Positions 26,078 through 41,256 of a DNA stretch of 64,000 nt are shown one piece after another. A program made the position numbers and the translations under genes. The notes under the pieces were generated by a model. The model had not been told where the DNA came from and did not search any database. It worked only from the letters and a program-made list of their open reading frames with translations. The stretch is from Eledone cirrhosa. Lineage: Eukaryota. Position 1 is the first letter of the stretch, and each line of letters starts with the position of its first letter. Location: the NCBI GenBank assembly GCA_964016885.1, contig OZ024740.1, positions 393,638,001-393,702,000 of the forward strand, in the 5' to 3' direction.

Positions 26078-26834
26078 CAATAGTAATATTAATACTGATT
26101 TTTTTTTATTATTGCCACACTAGCAACAAGTGCAAAGACACTACAAAAACAAGTTATAAAAGTAGGAGGTGGCTAAGAAAAAAAAAATGATGGTATACAC
26201 AATATAGATGCATAATATCTGATGAAGTTTCAAGAGGAAGACCATCACCTAGGACCAAACAAAGATACTCCAGATCCAGGATTACTCTGACTAATACATG
26301 TACCTTCTTCCAGCTATATTCCCTAGCCTAAATGCACATGCAGTGGGCCCATTAACAGAGACAGTGGTCACCACTCTCACTCATATTCCAGTAGATATAT
26401 GGGAGACAAATTCATCCCTCTCCATCTTCTTTTAGCTGAAGAAGGAAATGTCTCAATCTTCAGACCTTTTATTTGTGTTCACCATACATCTTTCACTATA
26501 CCTATCAGCCAGAGGAAAAAATGTATACATTTCTCAGCCATAAGTAGGTAGCAGGGCAACCACAATGGACTTGGTTACTGTCTTACGTGTAGGAAAAGTT
26601 GTTCTACAAAACTCCACAAGTCAGCAATGATCAGACACTGAACACAAATGAGTGCAGAATGGTTTTGTTACCCTAGACATGTGACACAGGTCAAACTGAA
26701 GTCACTTCCATACTTGTCAAGTTTATCTCAAATTGGCAATACTCTGCAAGTCTTCTATTATTCAGTTCCAGCAAATAAAATGATGGGTTGGAATTTTTAC
26801 AGGACCATCTTGTTCACAGAAACATTTTTTTCAT

Positions 26835-27070
26835 ATCAACATCATCGTTTAACATCCATTTTCCACGCTAACATGGGTAGGATGAGTTGTCCATTTCTGA
26901 GAGATCAGGTCGGAGGACTGATTTGGGCTCAGTTTCTATGGCTAGATGCCCTTCCTAATGCCAACCACATTTACAGTGTGACACCTACATGACCACTTTA
27001 CAGTGTGGACTGGGCGCTTTTTGTTGTGACACCTTCATGACCACTTTACAGTGTGGACTATGAGCTTCTT
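26835..27070 (-). mobile_element. RTE-type 3' UTR/tail fragment
   Basis: catcatcgtttaacatccattttccacgctaacatggg...gatgcccttcctaatgccaacc...(ccactttacagtgtggactg) repeats. Confidence 0.8.
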
Positions 27071-27489
27071 GTTTGAAGGTATTTATTTTTTTTTAGGTAT
27101 AATTATATTTTAAACTGTTTTCTGTTTTTTTTTGTTTTTTTTTTTGCCGAGAACTTAAGTATATTAATAATAGCTTTATTGGGCACTCTCTTGTTTCAAA
27201 ATTCATTTCATAATATATTTTGATGAATAACTGTATATCATTCATAAATGTAAGGACCTGTCCAACCCATGCCAATTTTCCAACTTGAAACATTGGACAT
27301 AAAAGGAGGACACCACAATATATGCATGAATTGTCATCACTTGTTCAATAATAAATAACAGTTCTAACCTTTTAACTTACAAATCATTATCATTTTATGT
27401 CCATTTCCCTGTGTAGATAATCTGAACTCAATACTCTGGTTTTACTACTATGGAACATTGCATATAGTATGCAAGCAGCATACAGTTTT

Positions 27490-27720
27490 CCCTTTATTTG
27501 GAGAGAGAATCCGTTTGTTGCCAACAGAAGTAATATCTCCCTGAACTTAAACAGGTTACTATACTTTTAGAAAACCCACCTTCATCACTAAAACTAGAAA
27601 AAAGAGTATATGTGAGCATGAGTGAGCACATGTATGGGCATGTTAGTAGGGTACAATTTGTACCTTTGAAGTGCTCACATAGAGAAGACATGAATTTAAA
27701 AAAATTAAAAACCAGGTTAT
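27490..27720 (-). mobile_element. Very old RTE RT fragment
   Basis: Degenerate GG.S.SIV...FREILLLLATNGFSLQIKGKLYAACI. Confidence 0.6.
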
Positions 27721-30718
27721 ACAAACATATATTTCTATGCATATACATGTTTGTTGTTGGTGTCATTACAGCTAATAACTACACAGGTTTAACCAGCCTC
27801 CTATAAGGTTATATCTCATTTATTAGAGCATTACAATATTTATTCTGGCTCTCTGAACTTTCGGTTTAAATCCTGCTGAGGTCAACTTTTTATTTCATCC
27901 TTTGGGATGGATAAAATAATGTACCACTCCATGGCAGTGGACTAGCAAAATTGTTGGAGCATCAAATGAGAAATTTTGCAGTATTTGTTCTAGCTCTTGG
28001 GAACAAATCCTGCTGTGACCAGCTATAGTAGTAGACTTAAACCATCATCTGATTTAACACCACCACCTAGCCCAGGAAGTTCTTTAAAGGAGTCTACACT
28101 GTTGCAAGCGTTTGGACCAGGTTTTCTTTTAGAAGAAACCTTCCCCTCTTTCACCAATCTTGGTGGCTCTGAAAAGTGTCATGAAAGTGCCTTCCCTCTT
28201 TGACTAAACAGCACAAAAAAGTGGTGTATATGAATAATAGGTAAGAGTATAGGAGAGGCAGAGAGACTGTGCATGTGAGAGAGAGAAGAAGGAAGGAGAG
28301 GGGGAGAAACAAACTGACAGACAAACTCTTTTGATTGTTTTTATAGTTAATAACACAAGGGCAGTTACACTCAGAGCTGGATTTTCCCAATATACCAACA
28401 TACCTGAATAAACAATAATGTTTATATCTATAGCTATATTTGTCTTATAAATTCTTTATTATCGGCAACCATCTTCTTGGTCTCCTTCACACACACGTGC
28501 ACATGTCTGGTTGTATGTTTATGTATATAAATATCTGTATGTTTATGTATATAAATATATGTATGTATACATGTGTGTATGTGTGATACTAGCATAATAA
28601 AGCAATGTAGGTAAGAGTGAGTGAGTGGAGATTGTGTATATAAAGGTACTCATGCACGAGTGACTGAATGTGTGGCAAAATTCATTTCGGAGTAGGGTGG
28701 GAGGTTCTTATCTACTGGGGTTATCTTCTGTATCTGCTGGAATATTTAACCATGTATCAACCATAATGACCACACACATACACACACAAATACACACACA
28801 TAGAAAGACACACACAAAGACACTGATACGATATGGTCATTTACACATATACACAGAGACATACATACCTCCCACACAAACACATAAACATACATAGACT
28901 AATGTACACGTAATTATTCAAATATAAACACACACACACATGCAAAGACACAGTGATATGCACCAATACATAATCACATATAAGACACACAACACAGGCA
29001 TGTATATACAAACATTTACGCAAACTGACTGAAATAAAAAATAATAAAAAATAAAAATCCTCTATTGATTCTAATACAGACGTGTCTCAGTATGTGCGTG
29101 TGTATGTGTATTTAAAGTTTTTGCGTCTTTCTTGAAGGTGTTATTGTCACTTCGTATTTCAATATCCAATCATCTTATTTATTTAGATTTATGTTCTTAT
29201 TATAAGTTGTTTTGGAGGTGTTTTTCTTTTTCAACAAAACAAAAATATTTGCTAAGTAGTTCTGTTATGAAAAACAATTTTCACAGTTCTGCCTCAGAAA
29301 GTTCTTCAAAATTTATTCACACATTTCAAGAAAACTTTTCTTCTTTCTTTTCATTTCTTTTTCTTTTCAGTATGAACTCTTTTATCAATTCTTCATATTA
29401 AATAATTTTGTATATGTTGTTCAGTATTTGATTCTATATATTAAAAAAAAAAGAAAAAGTGTCCTGTCTTCAAAACAAGATGCTTATAACACGTTACAAC
29501 TCAGTAAACTATAAATAAATAAATAATGTTGACACATTGCTGACAGCAAGATGATTATTCATATAATCAGTCATTGTTAGTAACAACCTTATTTTCCTCA
29601 CCATAGGTATCTTGTTTGTAGGGGCTTACACTATAATAACCTTCCACATGTTTTGTCACCTTTGCACCCACTACATCAGCATGACATATGCTAAGAATAG
29701 TGACATATTTATGGAGGTTTTAAGCCTCACTTTTTTTGCTTTAGACTTTGCCTTGGGGTTTATTTGATTAGATATTCTTCCAATGGTACAAAGCAGCAGT
29801 GTATACCATGAGACCATTAATGGGAATTCTCTCAGCCTAGGTTCCATTAATTTATCTCTATATCAGTGTGAAATAATACATGGCAAAGAAAATTGCAAAG
29901 TCCCTTTTCAATGATAGATGCTGTAATATTGAAAGCACAAGGAGGAATTTGAGTTATACAGGTTACTGTCTAATCTGGTTGCATAAAAAGTTGCTATCCT
30001 CTGTTAAGTAGTATAGTGGAGAGAAGAAACTGCATGAGCCCATATTTCAGTGTTAAGACTAAAAGATTAAAAAAATCACAGCTAAGATAATTCATTGTTT
30101 TATTACATAATTAGCAGATAATGGAGTTATTTATGTATGTTATACTATTGGGAAGACAACGGGAAGAGAAATATTTGGCAAATGAAATGCTACTCTATCT
30201 TACATTTATCAATCTAGATCATTCTGAAAAATGCTTATACTTTTTAGTTTGTTCAGAAATTAGGTAGTTAGAAGATGAATGGATAATGAGTGCTGATTAA
30301 ATTATGTAGTGACCTCAAAATAGAAATTACTGTTAAGATAGCAATCTCATAACCTATTGGATTGTAGAAAATTGTCTTCATATATTCTATCTACAGCATG
30401 TTCATTTTAAAGTGCTTATATTTATCTAAAAACTTTCCTTCATAATTCTATGTAAGAACCTTTATTTGAATAACAGAAAAGTTAATTATATTACTAAATT
30501 ACTCAAAATTCTTGATTATTTTAAAAATTAATTGAAAAATCAGAGGCAGTCTTTCATTAGAAATATAGTAATAAAAGGATTAAATGCACAAAGAGCTGAA
30601 CTAATCAATAAATGTTAAAAAAACTATTCATAAACTGTTCAGTGCTACTGTTAACAACAGTGGTGAGGACCTATTTACAACCAAGTGAAATGGATACTTA
30701 AAAAGTGAAGTGTCTTAA

Positions 30719-30924
30719 CCCTTTAGCATTTACATTACTTTATATATACTATTGTATTTTCATGGCAAAGGTTTTATCTCGCATAAATCTCACATAATAT
30801 CGATTCTATGAGAATTTGATATTTATGTTGAGAATAATATCTTAACATCAGTATGAGCAGCCGGTTTCAACAGAAAGAGATGAGAGACTTCTGGCCGGAT
30901 ATGACCGGTTTAAATGCTAAAGGG
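30719..30924 (+). mobile_element. piggyBac-type MITE family A
   Basis: TTAA|CCCTTTAGCATTTA ... TAAATGCTAAAGGG|TTAA, perfect 14-bp TIRs. Confidence 0.95.
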
Positions 30925-31152
30925 TTAAGTATAAACCATTCCTACTGCACCAATAGAAGGAAAGGGGCAGATAATTAAAGAACAATGTAGGGATAATGAT
31001 ATTTCCTATGCAACAGAAAAGGATGCGATACCTCTCAATGATTGTATGTTAGATACATATATGCTCACATGCAAGGAGACACACATGCATATATCAAAGT
31101 GAGAGGGGGAGAGGAGAAACATAGAGAATGGATGAAGGAAGAGAAACTTCAT

Positions 31153-31380
31153 TTAACCTTTTCATGACTCCATTTCTAATGAAATACACTGTTTCAATTA
31201 ATTAATGAAGAATTTTGAGGGATTTCTAAAAAAATTACTTATTTCATTACTAAGGTAGTGTAAGATTCTAATATAAAATTATGTTCAAAGATTTTAATAT
31301 AAATTGGAAACCTTTAAAATGGTCACTTTATTTCATAGAACCAGAGCTGGTTTTGGTTGGATTGGTAACAATAGGATTAA
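31153..31380 (+). mobile_element. Old TTAA-flanked MITE family B copy
   Basis: ttaaccttttcatgac...ggtaacaataggattaa; similar to 41049-41256. Other copies at ~8530, 30380-30582, 38575-38820, 42524-42720 and 49880-50130. Confidence 0.6.
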
Positions 31381-31440
31381 ATGGAAGCATACGTGAAGAA
31401 ATTATCAATGTAAATCAATATCAAAGTTTATAATTACATG

Positions 31441-33770
31441 TCATCATCATCACTGTTTAACATCCAGTTTCCATGCTTGCATGGGTTAGATGGGTTGTCC
31501 ACGTCATGAGATAAGCCTGGCTAGATTGACTGCACTGTACATTGCTCAGACGGAACTGTAAATTTAGCCAGAATTTTTACAGCTGGATGCCCATCCTAAC
31601 ACTAACCAAATTTACGGTGTGGAACTGATGGCACTGTTATGAGGAGGGACTGGCCAGTTGGCTGTGCCATACCCTGCTCAAAGTGGAACCATAGTTTAGG
31701 AGCCGCACCCACATTTACAGTGTAGAACTAGATGACACTGTTATGATGAGGGACAGGTCGGTTATTCATGCTGAACCCTACTCTCAGTGGAACCATAGTT
31801 TGGAAGCCACAACCTTATTTACAGTGTGGAGCTGGATGGCACTGTTATGAGGAGGGATAGGCCAGCTGGCCATGCAGTACCCAGCTCACAGCAGAACTAT
31901 AGTTTGGGAGCCAGGTGGTCACACTATGAGAGGTTTGCCCAATTGGCCACACCAAGTCTTACACATAGTGGAGCCGTGTTACAGGAAAGTCTGGCCAGAT
32001 GGCCGCACAGTACCTTGCACAATATCAGGACTGTTGCTGTGATTTTGGATCTTGGTGGACCTATTATGAGGGAGGTCTGGCCAATTAGCCACACCTAGCC
32101 TTACTCCTAGTAGTGCCCTGGGTGGTGCTATTATGAGAAGGCTCTGGCCAAGTTGGCCGCGCCATACCCTGCTCACATCGGAACGATAATTTGGGAACTG
32201 GGTGGTTCCACTATGAGGAAGGTTGGGCCAATTAGCCACACCAAGCCTTACTCAAAGAAGGAGCCATTTAACTGGGTGGTCCTGCCATCAACGACGTTTA
32301 CAGTGTGGAGCTAGGTGGCACCGTCATGAGCAGGGTCCAGGCTTGAGTTGTCGACATGGGTCTTTTGTTATACATTGTAGTGCCAGAGGTTTTGTTGCTG
32401 TGTTATCTCCATTGGGAGGTTCAGTTGAGCCAGGTCAGCCTTTATCGTTTCATCCCATGACTTCCTGGGTCTTCCTCTTTTAGAGCATCCTACGACCTCT
32501 AATTCCCTGCACCTTTTTGCACAGCTGTCATCCTTCATGTGCATCACTTATCCATACCACTGTAGTCTTCTCTCCTGCACACAGCATTTTATCCCTTATG
32601 CCCAGTTTCGCTCTCAATTCATTTACACTTTGCCGTTCATGCACATTACTGTTACACATCCATCTGATCATGCAGGCTCCGTTTCTTTCCAATCTCCACA
32701 GATCCTCAGCACGTAGAGCCCATGTTTCGCTTCCATGTTGCATTGCTGCGTGAACACAGGCATCATACAGCTTGCCTTTTATCGTAAGAGACCTTTTGTG
32801 GCTAGCAATGGCAGTAGCTCCCTGAACTTTTCAATCCTGTTTTTACTCTGGCAACTGTACTTTCTGCACAACCACCTCCACTGCTGATTTGGTTACCCAG
32901 ATAGCAGAAGCTTTCAACTATTTCTATGGGGTCCTCTGAGAGTCTTTGCTTACTACCCCTGTGCAGGGTCCACATATGAAGTCTGTATTTTTTGCTAGCT
33001 TGCTTGTTTACCCATAATTTGCATTTAGGACTGGATTGAGTTTCTGTCTACTCCTTTCCTGCATACCGAGCAGGGCTATTTCCCGGAGGAGATCAGAACC
33101 CTGTTTTCTTTTCTGCTCACTAGGATTTTGGTCTTTGCCAGGTTGACTTTAAGGTCTTTTATTTCCAATTTGTGCCTCCATGTCTGAAATTTCTCCAATT
33201 CTGTCACAGAATCGGCTAAGAGAGTCAGGTTGTTGGTGTACAGAAGTTCCCATAGGCAACCAGTCTTAAATTCCTCTGTTATAGCCTGTAGGACAATAAT
33301 AAAGAGGAGGGGATTAAGGACGGAACACTGAATTCCTCACTGTACTCGTTGATTTTAACTTTGCTGGTGTCCCCCATCCCACTGTACATGCATTGTACGG
33401 CTCTCATGAGCCACTCATCTAACCCTTGATTTCTGGATTGAGGAACTCTGTCAAAAGATTTCTCTAGGTCTGCGACTGCTAAGTAGAGCAGCTTGCTTTT
33501 AGCCAGGTACTTCTGCTGCATTTGCTTCACAAGGAAAGAGCCTGGGTGGTGCTTTTTCTCGGTACAAATCCAAACTGCATCTCATCTAGGCTTATACAAT
33601 CTCTAATCATCTGTGTGACAACTCCTGTAACTATCATGACTTGGTTAATCAGCTTGATATCTCTGTAGTTACTTCTCCCTGGGGCATCTTCTTTACCCTT
33701 GTAGTAGTTGATGATGATGCTGCTATTCCAGTCACTGAGAATGACACCATTCTGTATTACTTAGTTTACA
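31441..33770 (-). mobile_element. RTE LINE, ~2.3-kb truncated copy (RT core to 3' tail) with expanded repetitive 3' UTR
   Basis: DWNSSIIINYYKGK.DA...NYRDIKL, QFGFVP, YLAVADLEKSFDRVP, LYTNNL (decayed YADD), PHD-like remnant, FCYLG, MQHGSETW; tail (ATG)n at ~31441. Confidence 0.9.
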
Positions 33771-33774
33771 ACAA

Positions 33775-33862
33775 ATATATATATATATATGATAGAGAGA
33801 AAAAAAATATATATATATAACAATAGAGAGAGATAGATAGAGAGAGAGAGTGAGAATGAGAG

Positions 33863-33900
<38 letters not shown>
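33775..33900. repeat. (TA)n/(GA)n microsatellite
   Basis: Seen directly. Confidence 0.95.
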
Positions 33901-33903
<3 letters not shown>

Positions 33904-35119
33904 TGTATGCATATATCTAATAATGCTTTGCATAAATGTATGTAAGTAGTGATGTGCAGAAATATATTGCAGAAGAATATTTATGAGAGAAAAGGCAATG
34001 CAGAGTAATTTAAGAAAACAGCAGTAACTGTAGCAAGAAGAGATGGGGTGGATTAGTGCCAGAAAGAGGGGGGAGGGGGCGAAGAAATAAATTTGTGGCT
34101 ACTCCTTCACCTGTGAAACAACAGGTTGGCTGTGTTCAGAGTTGATTGGTGGTTATGTGGAGTTGTAATTCTAAAATTAACTACTCGCTGAAATGTTAGT
34201 CACACTGTTGACCGCTAACAAGAGCGTCCAAGACTGCGAAATTAATGCTCTCCTATTCCTGCTACCACTCTCTGTGCAATAACCAGTTTCCGTTGCAGTA
34301 GCTTCCCAATCTAGCGTGGCAGTAGTGAAAAGCAGAATAGTTAACTGACAGCAGATGCTTCCCCCAACAGAATTAACCAGCTGGTCAGTGAGCCAGGCCA
34401 GAGGATACTGATCAGTTGACCAATTCAGCTGACACACTCTGGTGATTCCCAGTTCAATATCAATAATTTTGTGAAATCAATATGTCGTCAGGCATTGAAA
34501 ATAGCTGTCCTGAAAAACGAGTTCAATTTCAGTATGGAATTAAACTTTAAAATTGAAAGGCTCTATGGTAAATAATAAATAGCAAAATAATAAATATACT
34601 GATAATAAATATACTGGAAAGATTTTATTTTTGTCACTAGCATTGTGATGTACTCAAGATAATGATGAGTCAACACAGAGCCTCTATGTTGTCACAAAAA
34701 ATAGCAGCAAAGTTTCCTTCAAATCATACCCGTCTTAAGTAAGAAAATAAAACATGAGATTTAGTACTCCTAGATGTCACTAAAAAGACAGGATTGTTGT
34801 GTCAGCATTGGATTGCCTTTAACCATAACTCTACCAAATCAGTATTGACTTTCAACTAATCAAGACAAAAAAAAAAGAAATCATAATTTGTACTGGCTCA
34901 GTCCAGCTGGTTGTGTAAATAAGCAGCATGTGTGGCTATGATTTGATAATGTAGGCATCAATTGAATTGAACTGCTCTATTAGCTGGCAGTATTTCAGGT
35001 TATATCCTCTTATGAAAATCAAAATTCTAGGTGAAACAAACAGCACAACCTATACTATAATGAAAATCATCTCTATCTGTGGTCTTGGGATATGTAACCC
35101 TTTTACTTTCATCCTTTGA

Positions 35120-35560
35120 CAATTGGTAACTGGAATGTTATAACCCTAGAGGCAAGGAGCAGGAATTAGTAGAGGAGGCCAGATGCTACTGGGGCTAGAT
35201 ATAGTCAAGACTTTCCTCAGCAGAGTTCTGTAGATGGAGGATGGAAACTTCACTATTCACATGTGGCACCAGAAATGAATGCATAGGTGGGAGTAGGGAT
35301 ACTCACAAGTCCCTGGCTGTCAGATTGTGTTATAAACTGGATCCCATTGGGAGGAACGATTTGCCTCTTGAAGCTTAGGCTGAAAGAAAGGTATATATGA
35401 GCCATATATCCTAATTGGGAGAGTTTAATGCACATGTTGGCACTGACTACCTGACATGTAAAATAGTGAATGGAAGGAACGGCAATACTGATATAAATAG
35501 AAATGAGAGGCCTTATTAGACTTCTGTTCTTGTAATAGACTCTCTATTATGAACATCTAT
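35120..35560 (+). mobile_element. Old RTE (Expander-like) apurinic endonuclease fragment
   Basis: NWNVITL.GKEQELVEEAR..LDIV; VGVGILTSPWLSDCVINWIPLGG..CLLKLRLK; LIGEFNAHVG; LLDFCSCNRLSIMN. Confidence 0.75.
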
Positions 35561-36492
35561 GAGCGTGGTCTGTTTAAGTGTGCATTCACAACAAAGCACA
35601 TGAGAGAAAGCCTAAATATAAGTGAAATTAGATGTAGTTTGCAAGAGAAAAAATTGCCCTGGTACAGACATGTAACAAATATCGATGCTGATCATTAGGT
35701 GAAGATTTGCCAGGAGTTCTAAGTGAACGGAAGCCATGGAAGAGGAGGATGAAAAAATCTGAGCAGAGGTAGGGAAGTAATTTCATTATGCTAAACTTCA
35801 CAAAGATGACAAAGGAAAAAAACAAAAAGAGGGACACTGTAATGATAGGAGTCATCTGACTTACACAAGCATGGAAATACAAATGTAAAAATTGATAATG
35901 ATGATATGCACTATGTTTTGTACTGTACATATATATATAATATGCATATATTATTTTATTTTTCCACTAGTTTCAGTCATTGGATTGTAGTGATACTGAG
36001 GCACCATCTTGAAGGGCTTAGTTGATATCAACTTCAGTACTTATATTTAAATTTGGTTCTTGCACAATTGGTTGAGAATGGTCCTATCAATTAACAGTCA
36101 TCAAATTTAAGTATGGAAGGACATCATAGATATAATTGAGAATGTAAAGGTTAATTAAAAAAATATAAAGGATTGATTTCTTCATCACACACAATACAGA
36201 AACATTACTTATTCCATTTGTAAAAGAATGTGTTATGTAATAGTTAATATTATCTGGGGAATACGATCAAGTGTTTATTTGTAGTTATTTATCTTTCCTT
36301 TAATTCCTTTCCATGCTGAATTTAACATTGGGCCATCTTTGGAGAGTTCCAATAGCATAGCAGTGTTTCTGTGAGAAAAAATTGCTAATTCCTCATTCAA
36401 CCCTTTTCCATTTAGAGATGCTGTGAGTGGTCTCCAACAAGACTTCTCAAAGTAACATGCCAAATTCAGAGATTCAGGAGGAAATATGTATG

Positions 36493-36535
<43 letters not shown>

Positions 36536-36589
36536 AGGGAGTGTACCAACCAATAAACATAATGAAGGAGTAACCATTCATCCTTGTTT

Positions 36590-38083
<1,494 letters not shown>

Positions 38084-39064
38084 AAGTACCCCATTACTTA
38101 ACTGTTACTTTATCAACCATAGGCATTCTATCCAGTGATCTAGCAACTACAAATTCACTGCATTGTAAATATTTATGACACCTTATATTCCTAGAACTAA
38201 ATGCTTGGGAATCACACATTCTACAACTTTATAAACAACAAGAACAGTAACAAACATAAAGCTCTTTGTTTTATTTTTCTAAATATTTCAGTCACTAAAA
38301 TGTTTTGTTCATTTTGTTCTACAGAAAGGAAGCTAACTGTTCAAATACAAAGAATAGATTGTGTACCAAATACTTTAGTTAGTAAAAAAAATAACAAAAC
38401 CCAGTAGAGTTAGGCAACCTGACACTTCAAAAGTACAACATTATTGTGACAAAACTTGGACTCATAATCATTTTGACTAGCAGGTTCGTAGCTTAATCAA
38501 TCATGCAAACAATGCTGTATTTCATTTTAATATATTGAGTTAAACTTCCAGTTTATTTTGGTTTTCATTTATTTTTTGTTCATCTTTGCATAATCATATT
38601 TCTAACAAAAACACTGCCAGTGGTTTTAAAATAACTTTGAAAATAATCAAACATTTTGAAGAATTTAGTAATATTTTGTTGGTGTTTGGAACAAATATTT
38701 TTAGATAAAATTATGATGGAAGTTTTTCAGCTTTTCAGATAAATATAAACACTACAAAACTAAGTTTAGTATAACAGAAACAAAGGTGTTTTCAGAAAGT
38801 TTGGTTTCAAAAAGGTTAAACTTAGTAATGAACCATTCCATAATGGGCCAACAAGGAGACCGAATCACCCTCAAATTACACACTACTAACTTAGAAAAGA
38901 CAAGGACATATTTGATAATGTGATTTTGTTCTATCAGGAATGATCAGAGACTTAAGAAGAAGAACAACCATTCCATAACATAACGGGGGGGGGGGGGGGG
39001 GGTCCCCCTCTGTGTAGTCACTATACCTACCAGAACTAGCAGCCAAATCTCTCTGAAATCACAC

Positions 39065-39282
39065 CATGCCATTGCAGATGTAGTGTACAGGAGAGAAGAC
39101 TGCACTGGTATTGTCGTGTGATGCGTATAGATGATGATTGTTGGCTGAAGAAATGCCAAGTAGAAGGAGGCAGGAAGAGCTGGGTTGATGGACCATGATG
39201 AATTGTATCCCTGCTGTGCTGGAAAAAACCATCCAATCCATGCAATCATGGAAAAGCAGATGTAAAGTGGATGATGATGATT
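39065..39282 (+). mobile_element. Old RTE 3' fragment inserted in family R repeat
   Basis: RCSVQERRLHWYCRVMRIDDDCWLKKCQVEG; (ATG)n tail. Confidence 0.8.
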
Positions 39283-41048
39283 GATTTCCATAATAAATCT
39301 TTTCATAATGAGCTAACAAGTGTGCTGAATAACCTTTAAATTAAACACTATTCTTATTAAAAAAAAAAAAAGAAAGACTGGACACATTTGATATTGTAAA
39401 CCTAGATATATGTATACTACAATTATATAAAGAAAGACAAGCTAGTCATTGCTGAAACACATTTGGTCTTAGGTCTGCTAGATCAGAGCTAACCTTAGGC
39501 TAGGCAACAATTGTTCCATAAACAGGAGTTAAAGCTAATATCTTAAAAAGATCTTGTTACTTGTAAATGTAGATTCTTGAAATATATCCAATGGAATGAT
39601 GCACAAAAGAATGGGAAAAATTATTATGAAGAAAAATCTGCAACAAGGAAAACCTATATATAGATGAAGACAAAAACAAAGGTATTGGTTGCCCACCTCT
39701 ACTATTAAAACAAGAAATTACAGGCAAAGAAGGCAGCACCAACAGAGTTGCTCAAACAGATTGAAATGGCAGCCAAATTTCCTTCAAATCATGCCCTACT
39801 GTCAAAAGATCCACTGGATAATGTAATTCTAGATAAGCAATGTTTGGAAAAACACGTAAGGCTGGAATATCTTTGATGTTAGGTGAGCTCAATCAGAGCT
39901 AACCTGGACTATGGGCTAAAACAAAAAACAACAACAACAAAAAAAAGCATGTACTAATGATAAACCATTGTATGTTAGAGTATGCAGTGTAGTTATGTAG
40001 ATAGAGAGATAATCTGGAGGACTGAATAGGTGGATAGAACCTGGTTGTTTGACCAGCTACATAGGTGTCATAAATTCATTTGATCATAGAACAAAAACAA
40101 AATGAAGAAAATAAAAGATGACAAAAAATAATCAAGAAAGAGAAAAGGAGGAACATGGAGAAAAAGAAAAAACAGAGAAATGTAAAATAAAAATACAAAA
40201 GCAAAAAAATAAAACTAGAAATAAAAATGCAAAACAGAAATAAAAGAAAGATAATAAATAAAAACAACCAGAGCATTGGTAACAAGAACAGCATCAGAAG
40301 TTGGAAGAAGAATAACAAGAGGAAGGAATGAAAAGCTTGGTAGAGATCGGGTGGAAGTTAAGATATGTGTTTACTTGCCAACAGTTTGACTTGTTGAAGA
40401 ACTAAATACACTGATTTGTAGGTTCAAAAAAGGAAAACAGACACTTGAGTAAACTGTTTTTGCAGCTGGAAGCAAACTTTAATGAAAAATGGACATTTCT
40501 AGCTGCTTTTAACATCCATTAAAACAAACTGACATTTGAAGAATTTCAAAGTAACTAATGGTATTCAAGGTTTCTTTTAATTTTTATTTTTATTCTATTT
40601 GATTTTTCTGGCATGTAAATTTGGCAACAACTGGTATAATGCCTTGATAAGTGCTTTGCAGTATTTAGTTTCATCCCTTTATGTTCTGAATTCTAATTTT
40701 GCTGAGGCTAGCTTTTTTTGTATCAGTTAGAGGGAAAGACTGCTCATGATCTTTTTCAGGGCCTCCAAAACTAGAGGGAGGGAGGGAGGAAGGTATCCCC
40801 AAACTGGAGACCTAGCTTGGATGCTCACAACAAACTCCAGTAGAGGACCAAGTGGTGGTGTTAAAACAGGTAACAGATTAAGTCTACCACCTACCTTTTA
40901 TCTTTCTAGAGTTGTTAAAATACATACCAGCTAATACCAGAAATTTATGTAATTGACAATCCCCCATCACACGAAAGCTATTGGTGCTTCATGCAAAGTT
41001 TTAAAACTATCATTAATAAGGTTTCTTCTAATGCAGGCAAATGATTAA

Positions 41049-41256
41049 CCCTTTCATTACCATATTTCCAGTGAATTAATGACAAATTTGGAGGGATTTT
41101 CTAAAATAATTGATTATTTCATTATTGAAATAGTGTTTGTAACATAATCAAACAAAAGTTGTTTTTTTTAATATCAAATTATGTTGAAAGATTTAATTTA
41201 AATAGGCGCACTTCTTAGAAATAAAGGCAGTTTTGGACGAGCTGATATCAAAAGGG
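41049..41256 (+). mobile_element. piggyBac-type MITE family B (best-preserved copy)
   Basis: TTAA|CCCTTTCATTACC ... GATATCAAAAGGG|TTAA. Confidence 0.8.
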
